A stretch of 64,000 nucleotides of DNA from Octopus vulgaris. Its lineage: Eukaryota. Shown here in pieces: positions 27,115-40,474 of this stretch. The notes below the pieces were generated by a model. It was not told the origin of the DNA and did not search any database. It saw only the letters and a program-made list of their open reading frames with translations. Location: positions 7,812,001-7,876,000 of the forward strand of contig OX597834.1 of the NCBI GenBank assembly GCA_951406725.2, read 5' to 3'. Positions within the stretch are counted from its first letter, which is position 1; each line of letters starts with the position of its first letter. The position numbers were made by a program, and so were the translations under genes.

Positions 27115-27277
27115 TGGGAGAGTTTACAAAAAAAACAACAACAAAAGACGAAGACAGGTGGTGTACAAAACAAACAGATGTATTAGTATAACACTCAGGA
27201 ATAGAAAAAGTCTTTTACGTTTCGAGCCTATGCTCTTCTAGAGAAAACAAGGAGAGAAAAAAACGTACGTAGTGGCT
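27115..27277 (-). mobile_element. Family D element with degenerate hammerhead-like motif
   Basis: Reverse complement TTT-CTCTAGA-A-GAG catagg CTC-GAAACGTA-AAAG at about 27211-27247. Confidence 0.7.
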
Positions 27278-27291
27278 CTGTGTGTGTATGT

Positions 27292-27352
<61 letters not shown>

Positions 27353-27410
27353 TAAATAGATACATAGGTAGATAGATAGATAGATATATAAATAAATAAA
27401 TGAATAAATA

Positions 27411-27448
<38 letters not shown>

Positions 27449-27783
27449 GTGTGTGTCCTTGTGTCACACCATCGCTTGACAACCGATGTCACCCGCAACT
27501 TACTGGTTCTGCAAAAAAGCGACTGACAGAATAAATACTAGGCTGACAAAGAATAAGTCCTGGGGTGGATTTATAAAACCTCTTTCAAAGGTGGTGCTCC
27601 AGTATGGCCGCAGTCAGATGACTGAAATAAGTAAAAGAGTAAACGAATAGTACTTCTTTCTCACCGAAATATAAGAAATACGGACATTATCCACTTAGAA
27701 GACAACAAAAATATCAAAGACATATACAGAAACGAAAGAGATTATATAATAATATATAACATTATACTAATGAAATATAACCA

Positions 27784-27944
27784 GGTGTAGGAGTGGCTGT
27801 GTGGTAAGTAGCTTGCTCACGAACTACAGGGTTCCGGGTTCAGTCCCACTGCGTGCACCTTGGGCAAGTGTCTTCTACTATAGCCTCGGGTCGACCAAAG
27901 CCTTGTGAGTGGATTTGGTAGACGAAACTGAAAGAAGCCCGTCG

Positions 27945-27981
<37 letters not shown>

Positions 27982-28233
27982 ATATGTATATATATGTATG
28001 CGTGTGTATATGTTTGTGTGTCTGTGTTTGTCCTGCCCCCCCCCCCAAACATCGCTTGACAACCGATGCTGATGTGTTTAAGTCCCCGTATCTTAGCGGT
28101 TCGGCAAAACGAGGCCGATAGAATAAGTACTAGGCTTACAAAGAATAAGTCCTGGGGTCGATGTGCTCAACTAAAGGTGGCGCTCCAGCATGGCCGTAGT
28201 GAAATGACTGAAACAAGTAAAAGACTAAAAGAG
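27784..28233 (+). mobile_element. SINE family A
   Basis: Full copy. Confidence 0.85.
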
Positions 28234-29055
28234 AGAGAGAGAGACCCTCAAATATGTAATTTTAAAGCAAATTTCTATGTTTTCGTCCATGTGTTATTAG
28301 ATATCTGAAGTTATTCAGTTATTTAATTCTGAGAATATTTCAACTATTTCACCATAAATATAAGCCAGGTTCAATTCAAAATATTCCTAGTGTTTCTTAG
28401 ATGAAAGTGTATTGTGGGTATTTTAACAGCAGGGCCAAATCAATGATATGAAACGTATTCAATAAGTTCAGTGAATTGAGAATGATTCTATTCAAACTTG
28501 GCTCCAAAGTAATTTACTTTGCATCTAATTGGAACACAGACCAAGCGTCAGCTGGTACGTATCAGCTAACACCTTACTTGATTCCCCTACACTGAATAAC
28601 GTTAATGTATCGCTTGATATTTTGAATTCAGTCAAGAAAATCAAGCAAATCAACTTGAAATTATTGGCGTGCTACCGTCTCAATTACACAATATGTAAAA
28701 TGGTGACATGTAAATATAACATATAGACAGGTCTGCAGATATGCATTGTAATATTCTCTCACAAACCAAGCACACACATGAATTCCTATGTTATAATCAG
28801 ATATGCTATAAATACATTTTCACACATGTGGATATATGTATATGTGTGCGGATATAAAGGTACAAATAGTTATCTAGTCAAAAATATAAAGAGACTATAA
28901 AATGGTGACTGCCTACAAAGTAAACTACACTCAGACACACATTCACACACATTCACACACATACACACACGCTCACACAAACTACATAATGGAACACACA
29001 AGGACATCTGCTTATATTTATACACACACCCACACACACACACACATACATATAT

Positions 29056-29262
29056 TCTTTTACTCTTTTACTCTTTTAATTGTTTCAGTCATTTGACTGC
29101 GGCCATGCTGGAGCACCGCCTTTAGTCGAGCAAATCGAACCCAGGACTTATTCTTTGTAAGCCCAGTACTTATTCTATCGGTCTCTTTTGCCGAACCGCT
29201 AAGTGACGGGAACGTAAACACACCAGCATCGGTTGTCAAGCAATGCTAGGGGGACGAACACA

Positions 29263-29321
<59 letters not shown>

Positions 29322-29516
29322 TTATTATATAGAAGGAGCTTCTACATGACTAGAACTGTTTCATTCAAGAGAAATCTTCAGGAGCTTCCTGAAGATTTCT
29401 CTTGAATGAAACAGTTCTAGTCATGTAGAAGCTCCTTCTATATAATAAATTAATTTTACTCTACTATGTATTGAGTACCTTATTTACTGTGGTTAACCCC
29501 GAATCAACCCGGGACC

Positions 29517-29560
<44 letters not shown>

Positions 29561-29578
29561 TACGACAGTCTCCTTTCA
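29056..29578 (-). mobile_element. SINE family A (head missing), internal microsatellite interrupted by a palindromic element
   Basis: Tail half at 29056-29300; resumes as tatacgacag..ctttcag near 29560. Confidence 0.75.
29320..29520. mobile_element. Perfect 64-bp-arm palindrome with hammerhead-like core (Penelope pLTR-like)
   Basis: 29320-29383 is the exact reverse complement of 29387-29450. The arm carries CTGAAGA-t-TTC tctt GAA-t-GAAAC...GTC. Confidence 0.75.
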
Positions 29579-29589
29579 GAGACTGAGAA

Positions 29590-30253
29590 AATCAGGACGA
29601 CGGAGGTGTTCCAACATGAACGCAACCACGTGGCTGAAACGAGTAAAAGAGTATGTGGCTGCGTGGCAAGAAGCTTGCTTACCAACCACATAGTGGTTCC
29701 GGGTTCAGCCCCACTGTGTGGCACGTTGAGTAGGTGTTTTCTAATGTAACCTTGGGCTGACCACAGTCATGAGTACAGATTTGGTAGATGGTAACTGACA
29801 GAAGCCCGTCATATATATGTATATATGTATATATATATATGTGTGTGTGTGTGTGTTTGTGTGTGTGTGTATGTTTGTGTGTGTGTGTGTGTACGTCTTT
29901 ACGTGTCTGTGTTTATCCGCCTACCATCGCTTGACAACCGATGTTGGTGTGTTTACGTCCTTGTAACTTAGCGATTTGGCAAAAGTGTTCCGATAGAAGT
30001 AATAGGCTTCAAAAGAATAAGTCATGGGGCCGATTTGTTCGACTAAAGGCGCTGCTCCAGCATACCCACAGTCAAATGATTGAAACAAATAATAAAAGGT
30101 GTGGCTGTGTGGTAAGTAACTTGCTAACCAATCACATGGTTCCGGGTTCAGTCCCACTGCGTGGCATCTTGGGCAAGTGTCTTCTGCTGTAGCCCCGGGT
30201 CGACCAATGCCTTGTGAGTGGATTTGGTAGATGGAAACTGAAAGAAGCCTGTC

Positions 30254-30321
<68 letters not shown>

Positions 30322-30554
30322 GTATGTATGTGTGTGTATGTGTTTGTGTGTCTGTGTCTGTCCCCCTAGCATTGCTTGACAACCGATGCTGGTGTGCTTA
30401 TGTCCCCGTCACTTAGCGGTTCGGCAAAAAGAGACCGATAGAATAAGTACTGGGCTTACAAAGAATAAGTCCCAGGGTCGATTTCCTCGACTAAAGGCGG
30501 TGTTCCAGCATGGCCGCAGTCAAATGACTGAAACAAGTAAAAGAGTAAAAGAGT
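29590..30554 (+). mobile_element. Three head-to-tail SINE family A units (tail fragment, 29655-30097, 30098-30554)
   Basis: Each tail directly abuts the next GTGGCTG head. Confidence 0.8.
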
Positions 30555-31486
30555 ATAACAAAAAATTAAATATTAATTTAACTTTGAAAGAGTAACTTTA
30601 GGTTTCTCTTGTTTGTTCTTTCTTTCGCCACACATTTCCATATTCCTGTTTATTTCGAATTCGTTATTTTTTCATTCTCTCAAGTTTCTTAATTGTCCAT
30701 CATCTTCATCTCGGCATTATTACTGGCTACAGTTTTGATTCTAACAAGCTCCCCTTTCGTCTTTACGCCACACATTCATCATCCTGATGTGTGTGAGAGC
30801 GCCTGTGTGCGTTCGTGTGTGTTCAAACATAAGAATATACATATATCCAATAAATGTATTTTATGAGCAAACAGCTTATATTAGAAAAGATAAATTTAAT
30901 ATTGCCAATCTAGAATTCCTAATGCGTGCGCTGTAGAATGAAAAACTATGTGAATATATCTCAATATTGTATTCGCACTCACATAATTAAGGTTTTTCTA
31001 ATTATATGTTTCATGGCAGATCGACTGCTTTTCAGAAAATCTCTTCCACACTGTCTGCCCTTTATGAGAATATTAATGCATTCATATTTAATTTACTCAG
31101 AAATTAATAATTTTCTGAGACGGACAGATGAGTGACATATCATCCATTTGTCGGCTGTGTGATTGTTATACTGTGATTAAATGAATGTTTTAGAAAATCT
31201 CAGATATATTTCATGCAATTAGAATTTGCTTTTTAATATCTAAGTTTTGTTATTCTTATTGCCCATAAAGAATAAGAAGATTGCTCAGGATTATTAACCG
31301 CTAGAATAAGCAGAAGAGAAGCAAACCACATCAGTATTCTTATGTGTGTGTATCAGTATGTGTGTGCGTGCGTGCGGTTTTGTGTAAGTTTTTATACGTA
31401 TATACGTATACTTATATTTACATACACAGACATATATATATAAAATGAGATACATTCATACACACATACATGCATATACATATATT

Positions 31487-31875
31487 TTTTTACTTGTTTC
31501 AGTCATGCTGGAGCACCGCCATTAATCGTGCAACTCGAGCCCGGGACTTATTCTTTTGTAAGCCCAGTACTTATTATATCGGTCTCTTTTGCCGAACCGA
31601 TAAGTAACGGGGACATAAACACACCAGCATCGGTGTGTCAAGCAATGCTAGGGGGACAAACACAGACACACAAACATACACACGCATATATATATATATA
31701 TATATACATATATACGACGGACTTCTTTCAGTTTCCGTCTACCAAATCCACTCACAAGGCTTTGGTCGACCCGAGTCTATAGTAGAAGAAACTTGCCCAA
31801 GGTGCCACGCAGTGGGACTTAACCCGGAACCATGTAGTTGGTAAACAAGCTACTTACCACACAGCCACTCCTGCG

Positions 31876-31877
<2 letters not shown>
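31487..31877 (-). mobile_element. SINE family A
   Basis: Near-full copy. Confidence 0.85.
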
Positions 31878-31940
<63 letters not shown>

Positions 31941-32184
31941 ATTTATATAATGAGGGAGATAAATTGAATATTAATTTAATTAATATCAATTTAAAACTAG
32001 TAGCCTAGCATTCTTGATTTTTATATAATTTTCATGTCTTGCCCACCTATTGTTCTGGTGTCCGCTGAATTTTCTCTAGAGAACATTCTCTCTCTTTGTA
32101 GTTTGATCGTATGTCATCTATTTCTAGCATATGGCTGTCCACATAGTGGTTTTAACCCTTAAAATATACACACACACATATATA

Positions 32185-32387
32185 TGTTGAATCGCTAGCT
32201 TCTGCGCGCATTTTTTTTCTCTCCTTGTTTCTCTCCGTGTTTCTTTTCTGGGTATCTTTCTGTTGAAGAGCGTAGGCTCGAAACGTAAAAGACTTGTTTT
32301 ATTTATATTCCTGAGCGCCATACTAATACAATTGTTTGTTTGTATTCCACCTGCCTTCGTCTTTGTTTATTTTCATAAAGCTTCCCG

Positions 32388-32390
<3 letters not shown>
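32185..32390 (+). mobile_element. Family D element with hammerhead-like motif
   Basis: TCTTT-CTGTTGA-A-GAG cgtagg CTC-GAAA-CG-T-A-AAAGA at 32255-32292; runs into (TA)n. Confidence 0.72.
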
Positions 32391-32424
<34 letters not shown>

Positions 32425-33229
32425 TATTATATGTGTGATGTGTGTATGTGTGATGTGTGTGTGTGTGTGTGAGTATGAGTGTGTTCAGATTATTTCATAT
32501 GATTCTGTCAATTCAATCAATCATTTCCTCAATCTGCTTGTTCTTCATAATTTTATATTTGCTTGGGTTTTCGTTAGGCCTACACTTTTGTCTATATTAA
32601 ATACGCCTCCCGTTATTTTCTTTTTCTCCCTCGCTCTTTTCCTTCTTCTTTTGAGTCTTCGTAACTAAGCAACAGGCTGTTCTAGCATAATCCAAGTCTA
32701 CCAAATATTTTCTTAAATCCATTTAATTCTTCCTTACCTTCAACTTATACATTATACATTTTAAAGAACGTAGTTCATTTCCATAGGGTGGCGCTCCCCT
32801 CCTCAAATTAAATTTATTCGGGAACTGAATAAAGAGGATTAACAGATATTAATTCCGTCAATGTGCTACACCTATCTGATTGACTTCCTTGTATGAGAAA
32901 CTGGAGCAACCAAGTTTATATATCTTGGAAATCCTACACAAAGAAATGAATGTACTGAAACTGGATTTAATGAAATATTTCAGATAGCAATTCAAGGAAT
33001 GCTATGCATTTCAAATCTGCTCAAATAATTTTGACTGGCGATTTACACGGAACGAAAAATTATTCGTGAAATAAATGATGTAACTTATGGAAAAATAATC
33101 TAGTTTTGTACATTCTAAAAACATTAGAAGTAGGGTATTACGAAGATATTAGGTTCAAATGGCATAATTTTGAGAGAGATGCAGTGGTTTTGATATAACA
33201 ATATTACCATATATACCTGAATTCATAAT

Positions 33230-33520
33230 GGTTTCATATTTTGACACAAGGCCAGCAATGGCGGGATGCGGTAAGGTAAATTAGATACAGCCCTGCACTT
33301 AACTCATATTTATCTTGTCGACTACGACTAATGAAATGTAAAGTCAACCTCGGTGGAATTTGAACCACGAACGTAAAGATGGACGAAATGCTGCGAGGCA
33401 TTTTCGCCGGTGTGCTTACGATTCTGCCAGCCCGCCACCTTATCTAAATTTGGAGGCGCAATGGTTAGGGCAGCGGAATCGCGGTCGTAGGATCGAGGTT
33501 TCGATTCCCAGAATGGGCGG
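33230..33520. mobile_element. Old family B-like copy (minus, 33230-33440) plus family C head fragment (plus, 33452-33520)
   Basis: aaagtcaacctcggtggaatttgaac..; ggaggcgcaatggttagggcagcgg..gtttcgattcccag. Confidence 0.7.
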
Positions 33521-33824
33521 TCTGAACCATGGCAGGAAAGAAATCATTGAATAATCGTATTTGGATTACGAAAATAAATCAATTTTTCAACACTTGTTGC
33601 AATTCGACGCCAAAATAATGATAGCAGCTGTTTGCAAATCTTCACGCTTCATCGAGCCCGCTCATAGGTCAGCTCATGCGAAACTTCTCGACAGCTTCTG
33701 TTCCAAGGCTGATTTTATAGTCAAACGATGGTACTTGCCGAAGGGGCATGTTCTTATTTCTTTATTGCCCACAAGGGGCTAAACATAGAGATAGATAGAG
33801 ATGGATGGATGGATAGACAGGTAG

Positions 33825-33859
<35 letters not shown>

Positions 33860-34024
33860 CCCAATACCCTATCCACAACAAAGGTCCATTATAGGTATAC
33901 AGTGATTATATTAGACTTACACCGAGTGAATGTTTCACATGAAAAAGAGGTGGAATGACGTTTCCAACATGGCTCTTCGTTGAATAGGGGAATATATTTA
34001 TATATATATATATATATATATATA

Positions 34025-34394
34025 CTAGCAGTATTGCCCGGCGTTGCTCGGGTTTGTAAGGGAAATAACTATAAAGCATTTTTAGAGAGTTATAGCCAAA
34101 AAAAATGGAAAAAAAATTATGGTAAATTTTTTTTGGAGAGTTAAAACGGTCGAGTTGCGTCCCCTAGACAGTCTGTGGTTTGTGTTACTGATTCTCGACC
34201 CCATGTCGAATTTATCGATTTTTTTCAGAACTGGGGGAACTTTTCAAAATTTTCTCTGCGTTAGTTTTGAATTATGACATTGGGCTATGTGTGTGTCAAG
34301 TTTCATCAGAATCGGTTGAAAGCCGTGGTCAGGGTGAGGGTACGAGAAAACAGACACACAGAAACACACACAGACAAACTGCCGTTTATATAGT

Positions 34395-34398
<4 letters not shown>
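34025..34398 (-). mobile_element. Non-autonomous Helitron, subfamily F2
   Basis: 5' TC, 3' hairpin plus CTAG, inside (TA)n; near-identical to 35022-35407. Confidence 0.8.
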
Positions 34399-34650
<252 letters not shown>

Positions 34651-35021
34651 ACCGATTTGAACAATCTATTATACATGCGTAAGCTAGAATTTTCCGTCAT
34701 GCAAACTTAGACACTTATTAACCACCTTCTCTTAACCAAAATATTGAAGGTGTCTCCATTGTCAATTTGCAAACAATTTTGCGCTTCTCTCAAAACTCGG
34801 GAGATTCTAATCTCATTAGAGTTTGTTGCACATTTTCAGCTTCTTTAAATATCTTGGTAACGTTTAAAAGAGCGAAACAGTTTTATTAAATTAAGCGTTT
34901 AAGTCTGTTAAAGCTTATTGATTCAGACGTAACAATCTTTCACTTTGGTAAAGTTAGGTTTCGTTCATTTATTTAATTTATTTCGTAATGATGAACACGT
35001 TGTTAAGGCTAATATTGTAAA

Positions 35022-35407
35022 CTAGCAGTATCGCCCGGCGTTGCTCAGGTTTGTAAGGGAAATAACTATAAAGTATCTTTAGAGAGTTATAGCCAAAAAA
35101 TAGAAAAAAAATGGAAAAAAAATGATGGTAAATTTTTTTTGAGAGTAAAAAAAGGTTGAGTTGCGTCCCCTAGACAGTCTGTGGTTTGTTTGTTTTTATT
35201 CTCGACCCCATGTCGAATTTATCGATTTTTTTCAGAACTGGGGGAACTTTTCAAAATTTTCGCTGCGTTAGTTTTGAATTATGACATTGGGCTATGCGTG
35301 TGTCAAGTTTCATCAGAATCGGTTGAAAGCCGTGGTCAGGGTGAGGGTACGAGAAAACAGACACACAGAAACACGCACAGACAAACTGCCGTTTATATAT
35401 AGAGAGA
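35022..35407 (-). mobile_element. Non-autonomous Helitron, subfamily F2
   Basis: Same termini as 34025-34398; A|T target. Confidence 0.8.
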
Positions 35408-35659
35408 TGACAAAACTGCAATTGTGCAGCTGGAGTTCTTACAAACATAAGAATATGTTGCTTGTATACTTTTCAGGTGAAGATGTGTGTAGATACTGAT
35501 ATTTATCTATAACTCTCAGCAAAACGTAGTATAGAATTGACCAGCTCATACGCTTTTCGAGACAAAATGCACAAACACACAAACACATACACATACATAC
35601 ACACACGTACTAACGTACACATGTCTATATTGTCCAGTATTTCAGTCCTATTTCATGTG

Positions 35660-35852
35660 TTGAACAGACACAAGGACAGCACATTTGTGGGTGGATGGGG
35701 TGTCAATTACATTGATCTCAGCACTCAAATTTTCCTTATTTCATCGATTCCAAAAGGATGAAAGGCAGAGTCAACATAAGTGGAATTTAACCTCATAACG
35801 TAAAGACAGAACGTGAAGAAGCATCTTGACCGGCACGCGATTCTGCCAGCTT
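35660..35852 (-). mobile_element. Old family B-like SINE
   Basis: aaaggatgaaaggcagagtcaacataagtggaattt..attctgccagct. Confidence 0.65.
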
Positions 35853-36611
35853 CTCGACTAACCAGTTGAGAGTAATATCGTTGCTACTTGTAGATAAAGC
35901 GAATACTTAAGGTCTCCATTTATATTTTGAGGCTTAATAGAAGACAACTTTTGACTATGTCTGCAGTAGACATTATGTCACAAATCATAGTTAAGTTTGT
36001 TTATTCTAGCACAATTTTAAATACTGGCATTTGATTGTATACCTTAGTATTGCATTACTTCAAAGTTTGGCTGACATACGTTTTGTGAAATTCATGTCAG
36101 AAATTATCTCAGCATTTTCCCCAAAATGCAAAATTTACATATGCAAAGTAGATATCTCCTAAAATGTTTTGTGGAAGACGGCTGAGACACAAAAGTGTTA
36201 ATGCATCAACCTCACTTCAGTTTGTACTAGAATTCTCTGTTGCATTTTCTCCAAAATTCTAAGCACTGTAGTTATTAAACTATTGGACTATATCCATTCT
36301 TCGTAGCAAGTGGTGTTCTTGGAATGAAGTAAAGTATTATTGTTGGTTTACAAATACACTAACTTTGATAGGACTCACATTCATTTAGACTGAATTCGTC
36401 CCTAGTCCTTATAATTGAATATAAATTTACATATGCACATATAATACATAAGCATGGGTACATACATAGGCACACACACACATATATGTATATATTTATA
36501 TATAAGAATATATATGTATGTATCTGTGTATATATGTATGTTATACATACATGTGTAAATACATACATATATATATATGTATATATATAAATATCTATAT
36601 ATACATATATG

Positions 36612-36829
36612 TGACCTCGTGAGTACCGCTGGCGATTATTTTCCTCTGTCTTCCCTTCTCGGGATCTTTCCTTCTCGTATGTTTCCGACGATGAGATCCG
36701 CTCGAAACGTTAAGCCCTCCTTCTTCCCTTCTTTCCTGAGCGTCCAATAATACTTTATTTGTTCCATGCCCTCGCGTTGTTGTGTTCTTTTTGTTTTTTT
36801 TTTGTGTGTTTTCTTGTTTGGATTAACTT

Positions 36830-36830
<1 letters not shown>
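36612..36830 (+). mobile_element. Family G element (related to D) with hammerhead-like motif, flanked by (TA)n
   Basis: GTTT-CCGACGA-T-GAG atccg CTC-GAAA-CG-T-T-AAGC at 36681-36715; homologous to 62420-62636. Confidence 0.72.
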
Positions 36831-36863
<33 letters not shown>

Positions 36864-36884
36864 TATGTGTATATATATATATAT

Positions 36885-36937
<53 letters not shown>

Positions 36938-36972
36938 CTATATTTAAGTGATGAGGAATTATGTACATTATT

Positions 36973-37124
36973 TACATTATTTACATTTGACGGATAATTG
37001 CCCTCATCTTGTTTGTTGTTAACATAACGTTCCTCATGATGAAGGCTGGAGAGTATATTAGCCGAAACGTAGTGTTAACAGCAAACAAGATGGGGAGAAA
37101 TATCCGTCAAATGTAAATAATGTA
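36973..37124. mobile_element. Fold-back element with hammerhead-like core in its loop
   Basis: Arms of about 58 nt (36973-37031 / 37066-37124); ATGATGA-A-GGCT..AGCC-GAAACGTA at 37036-37071. Confidence 0.68.
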
Positions 37125-37165
37125 TTTAATGTATATAATGTGTATGCATATGTATATATATATAT

Positions 37166-37247
<82 letters not shown>

Positions 37248-37708
37248 GTATGTATGCATATGTGTGTGTATACGCACACACACAGAAAGACGCATGTACT
37301 TTTAAGTACTCTTAGTTCTGGAGACAGACAGCGGTGGCTGTCATTTCATATAATTTATGATTTAATAGCTTTATCCAATTATGTTTCTAGTTTTAGGTAA
37401 TATCTTTGTAATATTTGCTTCATCTGCTCTAGATATGGCATTTATAATTCGTTATAATGCTATATATTCTTTTAATATTTATTTACATTTTCGACTTTTA
37501 ACGTTCATTATAATCCATATCAGTCCTTTTGACATGTGAATATCGCACACTGTATTTTCCATCTTTTAACTTTTTTATTAATATAGTAGTGATGTAACAT
37601 ATCTACTGAACCTATATGATCTAAATTTATTTGTTTCCATCTCAATAATGTGACAATACTGGCTTATAGAAACGCTGGGATTCTGAGTGCTTGTAATTTT
37701 ATTAGGAA

Positions 37709-38077
37709 CTAGCAGTATCGCCCGGGGTTGCTCGGGTTTGTAAGGGAAATAACTATATAAGCATTTTTAGAGAGTTATAGCCAAAAAAATAGCAAAAAAA
37801 TGCATTAAAAATGGAAAGAAAATGATGGTAATTTTTTTTTAAATCGTAGAAATTGTTAGAGAGTTACTTCCCTTATATAATAGCGAAAAAAATGCATTAA
37901 AATGGAAAAAAATGTTGGCAAATTATTTTTAAAATCGTAGACTCATCGTAGACGCGCGCTAATACCCAGAAGGGCTCAATATGAATCACGACTATAAGAT
38001 ACCCGCTTTTGGTTACACTGCACCGCAAAATGTGGGAGTAGTTAGGAATCACACAACTTCACTTTTATATATAAAGA
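37709..38077 (-). mobile_element. Non-autonomous Helitron, subfamily F1
   Basis: TC start, hairpin plus CTAG end; homologous to 674-1058. Confidence 0.8.
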
Positions 38078-38592
38078 TATTAGCTGTGTTTTTCCTTTTC
38101 TTTTATATATGGCCTTCCAATTCGAAACATCATTAGAGCTAATAAGAGGTCCTTTCCAAATTTCGATATTTATGAAATGCAAATTTAGAAATACATATCT
38201 TTGTCGACATTGATTAATGCCTAAACTCCTTTCATTAGTCTAGTATACGCAATTACTCGTTTGTACCAATACCGTTTTCCTCTTTGCAGTTTTGAGTATT
38301 GTCTCCGTTACATTTCTCCTATTTTATTTGCACTTTGATAAAGGCTCTCCCTCTCTGTATTATTTGTTTCCTTTTACGTTCTCTTCCTTGTTTCTCCTCT
38401 TGATTTTCGCAGAAAACTGTGCTATTCTCTGCATTTCAGCATCCGTTATTATCTTCGAGTTATCTCCCCTAACAGAAGCTAAGGCTCTATCACTTCTTCA
38501 CTAATTAATTGTAGGACTTTATTAAATGGGATGAAGTAAAGGAATAAGTAATGTTGGTGTTTATTAACCATATCACTCTATTAATGTACTAG

Positions 38593-38812
38593 TCTTTTAT
38601 TCTTTTATTTGTTCCAGTCAATTCGCTGTGGCCATGCTGGAGCACCGCCTTTAGTCGAGCGAATTGAACCTAGGTCTTATTCTTTGCAAGCCTAGTACCT
38701 ATTTGATCGGTCTTTCTTGCCGAACCGCTTGGGGACGGGGACGTAAACACACCAGCATCGGTTGTCAAGCGATGCTGGGGCGACAAACACAGAAACACAA
38801 ACACACACATAC

Positions 38813-38864
<52 letters not shown>

Positions 38865-39037
38865 TTATTTATTTATATACGACGGGCTTTTTTCAGTTTC
38901 TGTCTACCAAATCCACTCACAAGATTTGGTCAACCAGAGGATATGGTAAAAGACACTTGCCCAAGGTGCCACACTGAGGACTGAACCCTGAATCATGTGG
39001 TTGGTAACGAAGCTCCTTACCACACAGCCACTCCTAC
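38593..39037 (-). mobile_element. SINE family A
   Basis: Moderately diverged full copy. Confidence 0.8.
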
Positions 39038-39494
39038 TAAATAACATGACACAGTAAATGTTTTTTTTGTTTTTAAGAAGAACGTTCGCAATTCTCTTCA
39101 AATATGCTTGGTGATCTCAAATGCCATGCTTAGTACCTGCTATCTATTGGTATACGACCCTGTTTTGCTAGTACCTTCGTTTATGAATGAGGCCATATAT
39201 AACTTTCGACTTCCTTTTGCTATCCACCCTCAAATATTGCAGGACGCAGTTGAACTTTTTGTTCTTTCGTTTCTCGTTGCTAGCTCAAAGTTTCTTTTTG
39301 AATTAGTCAGCCAGTCACTGCTCGACTGTGTATTTGTTAAACCTGATGTGTTGAGATTTCTGTAATGCATTGCATAATCTTTTGAATGTTTTGCATACTA
39401 CATATCAGGCATGTGTATGTCACAACACAGTTGTAGCAGTGTCAAATAGCTCACTCCTCTATTTTATTATTTATATATGCATGAATATATTTAT

Positions 39495-39503
39495 GTATGT
39501 ATG

Positions 39504-39553
<50 letters not shown>

Positions 39554-39603
39554 CCTATCTATCTGTCTGTCTATCTGTCTGTCTGTCTATCTTTCTATCT
39601 ATG

Positions 39604-39680
<77 letters not shown>
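39495..39680. repeat. (TATC)n microsatellite
   Basis: Directly visible. Confidence 0.95.
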
Positions 39681-39681
<1 letters not shown>

Positions 39682-39683
<2 letters not shown>

Positions 39684-39907
39684 GGTAAAAACGGTAAGAG
39701 AACAAAAGAAAGAAAGATACCTCAATATTACGTAAATAGAGGAATTTATCTGTAAATGTAATATGTGGCGATTATTAGGTAGCCAAGATAAAACTCTGAG
39801 TTTCGGGGCCGGTTAACTAAAGAGATGATGCTGTGGATTTCCACCTCGGCATGCGAAACTCAGAGCTTTATCTCAGCTACCGAATAATTGTCACATATTA
39901 CATTTAC

Positions 39908-39912
<5 letters not shown>
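39682..39912. mobile_element. Family E fold-back element with hammerhead-like motif
   Basis: Arms 39747-39805 / 39854-39912; CTAAAGA-gatgatgctg..cggcatgc-GAAACTCAGAGC-T-TTATCT; homologous to 58470-58638. Confidence 0.7.
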
Positions 39913-39952
<40 letters not shown>

Positions 39953-40474
39953 TGCGCGTGTGTGTTGTGTGCGATTGTATTTGTGTGTATGTATCTGTGT
40001 GTGTGTGTCTGCATTATCTTATAATATAACTTATTTTTTCATTCATGAACGCTTCCTTGTAACGTAAACTAATATATGTATCTCAATGTTTATTTCAAAG
40101 AGTAGGAGATCAAGGTTTATAAAGCAATCTTGTTTAGCGCTTAAAACGCTTTATGTGTGTATATATACGATGAAACAGAATGTGTGTATAAAGAAATAAC
40201 AAAGAGCTGTAATATAAACAAATTGAAAATATTGATATTATAAGTAATATGATATTATATATTATTAAATTATTTAATTTAAATACAGGTAAATTTCACT
40301 GAGAAGAATTAAATTTCTAACCGAAATGCAATAAATGCTTGTAATATTTGCATTTCGTTCCTAGTAAAAATCGAAGGCACACATCTTTCAGAAAAGGGAA
40401 AATACGAACAAGGTCACGTGAATATTGCAACAATGTACGCTTTTCTATTAAGCCTTATATAAATTAAAGGATGC

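Larger units (their letters stand above)
26555..27645 (+). mobile_element. SINE family A copy with nested insertions in its internal microsatellite
   Basis: 5' half at 26555-26705, 3' half at about 27450-27645; family C and D copies lie between. Confidence 0.75.
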
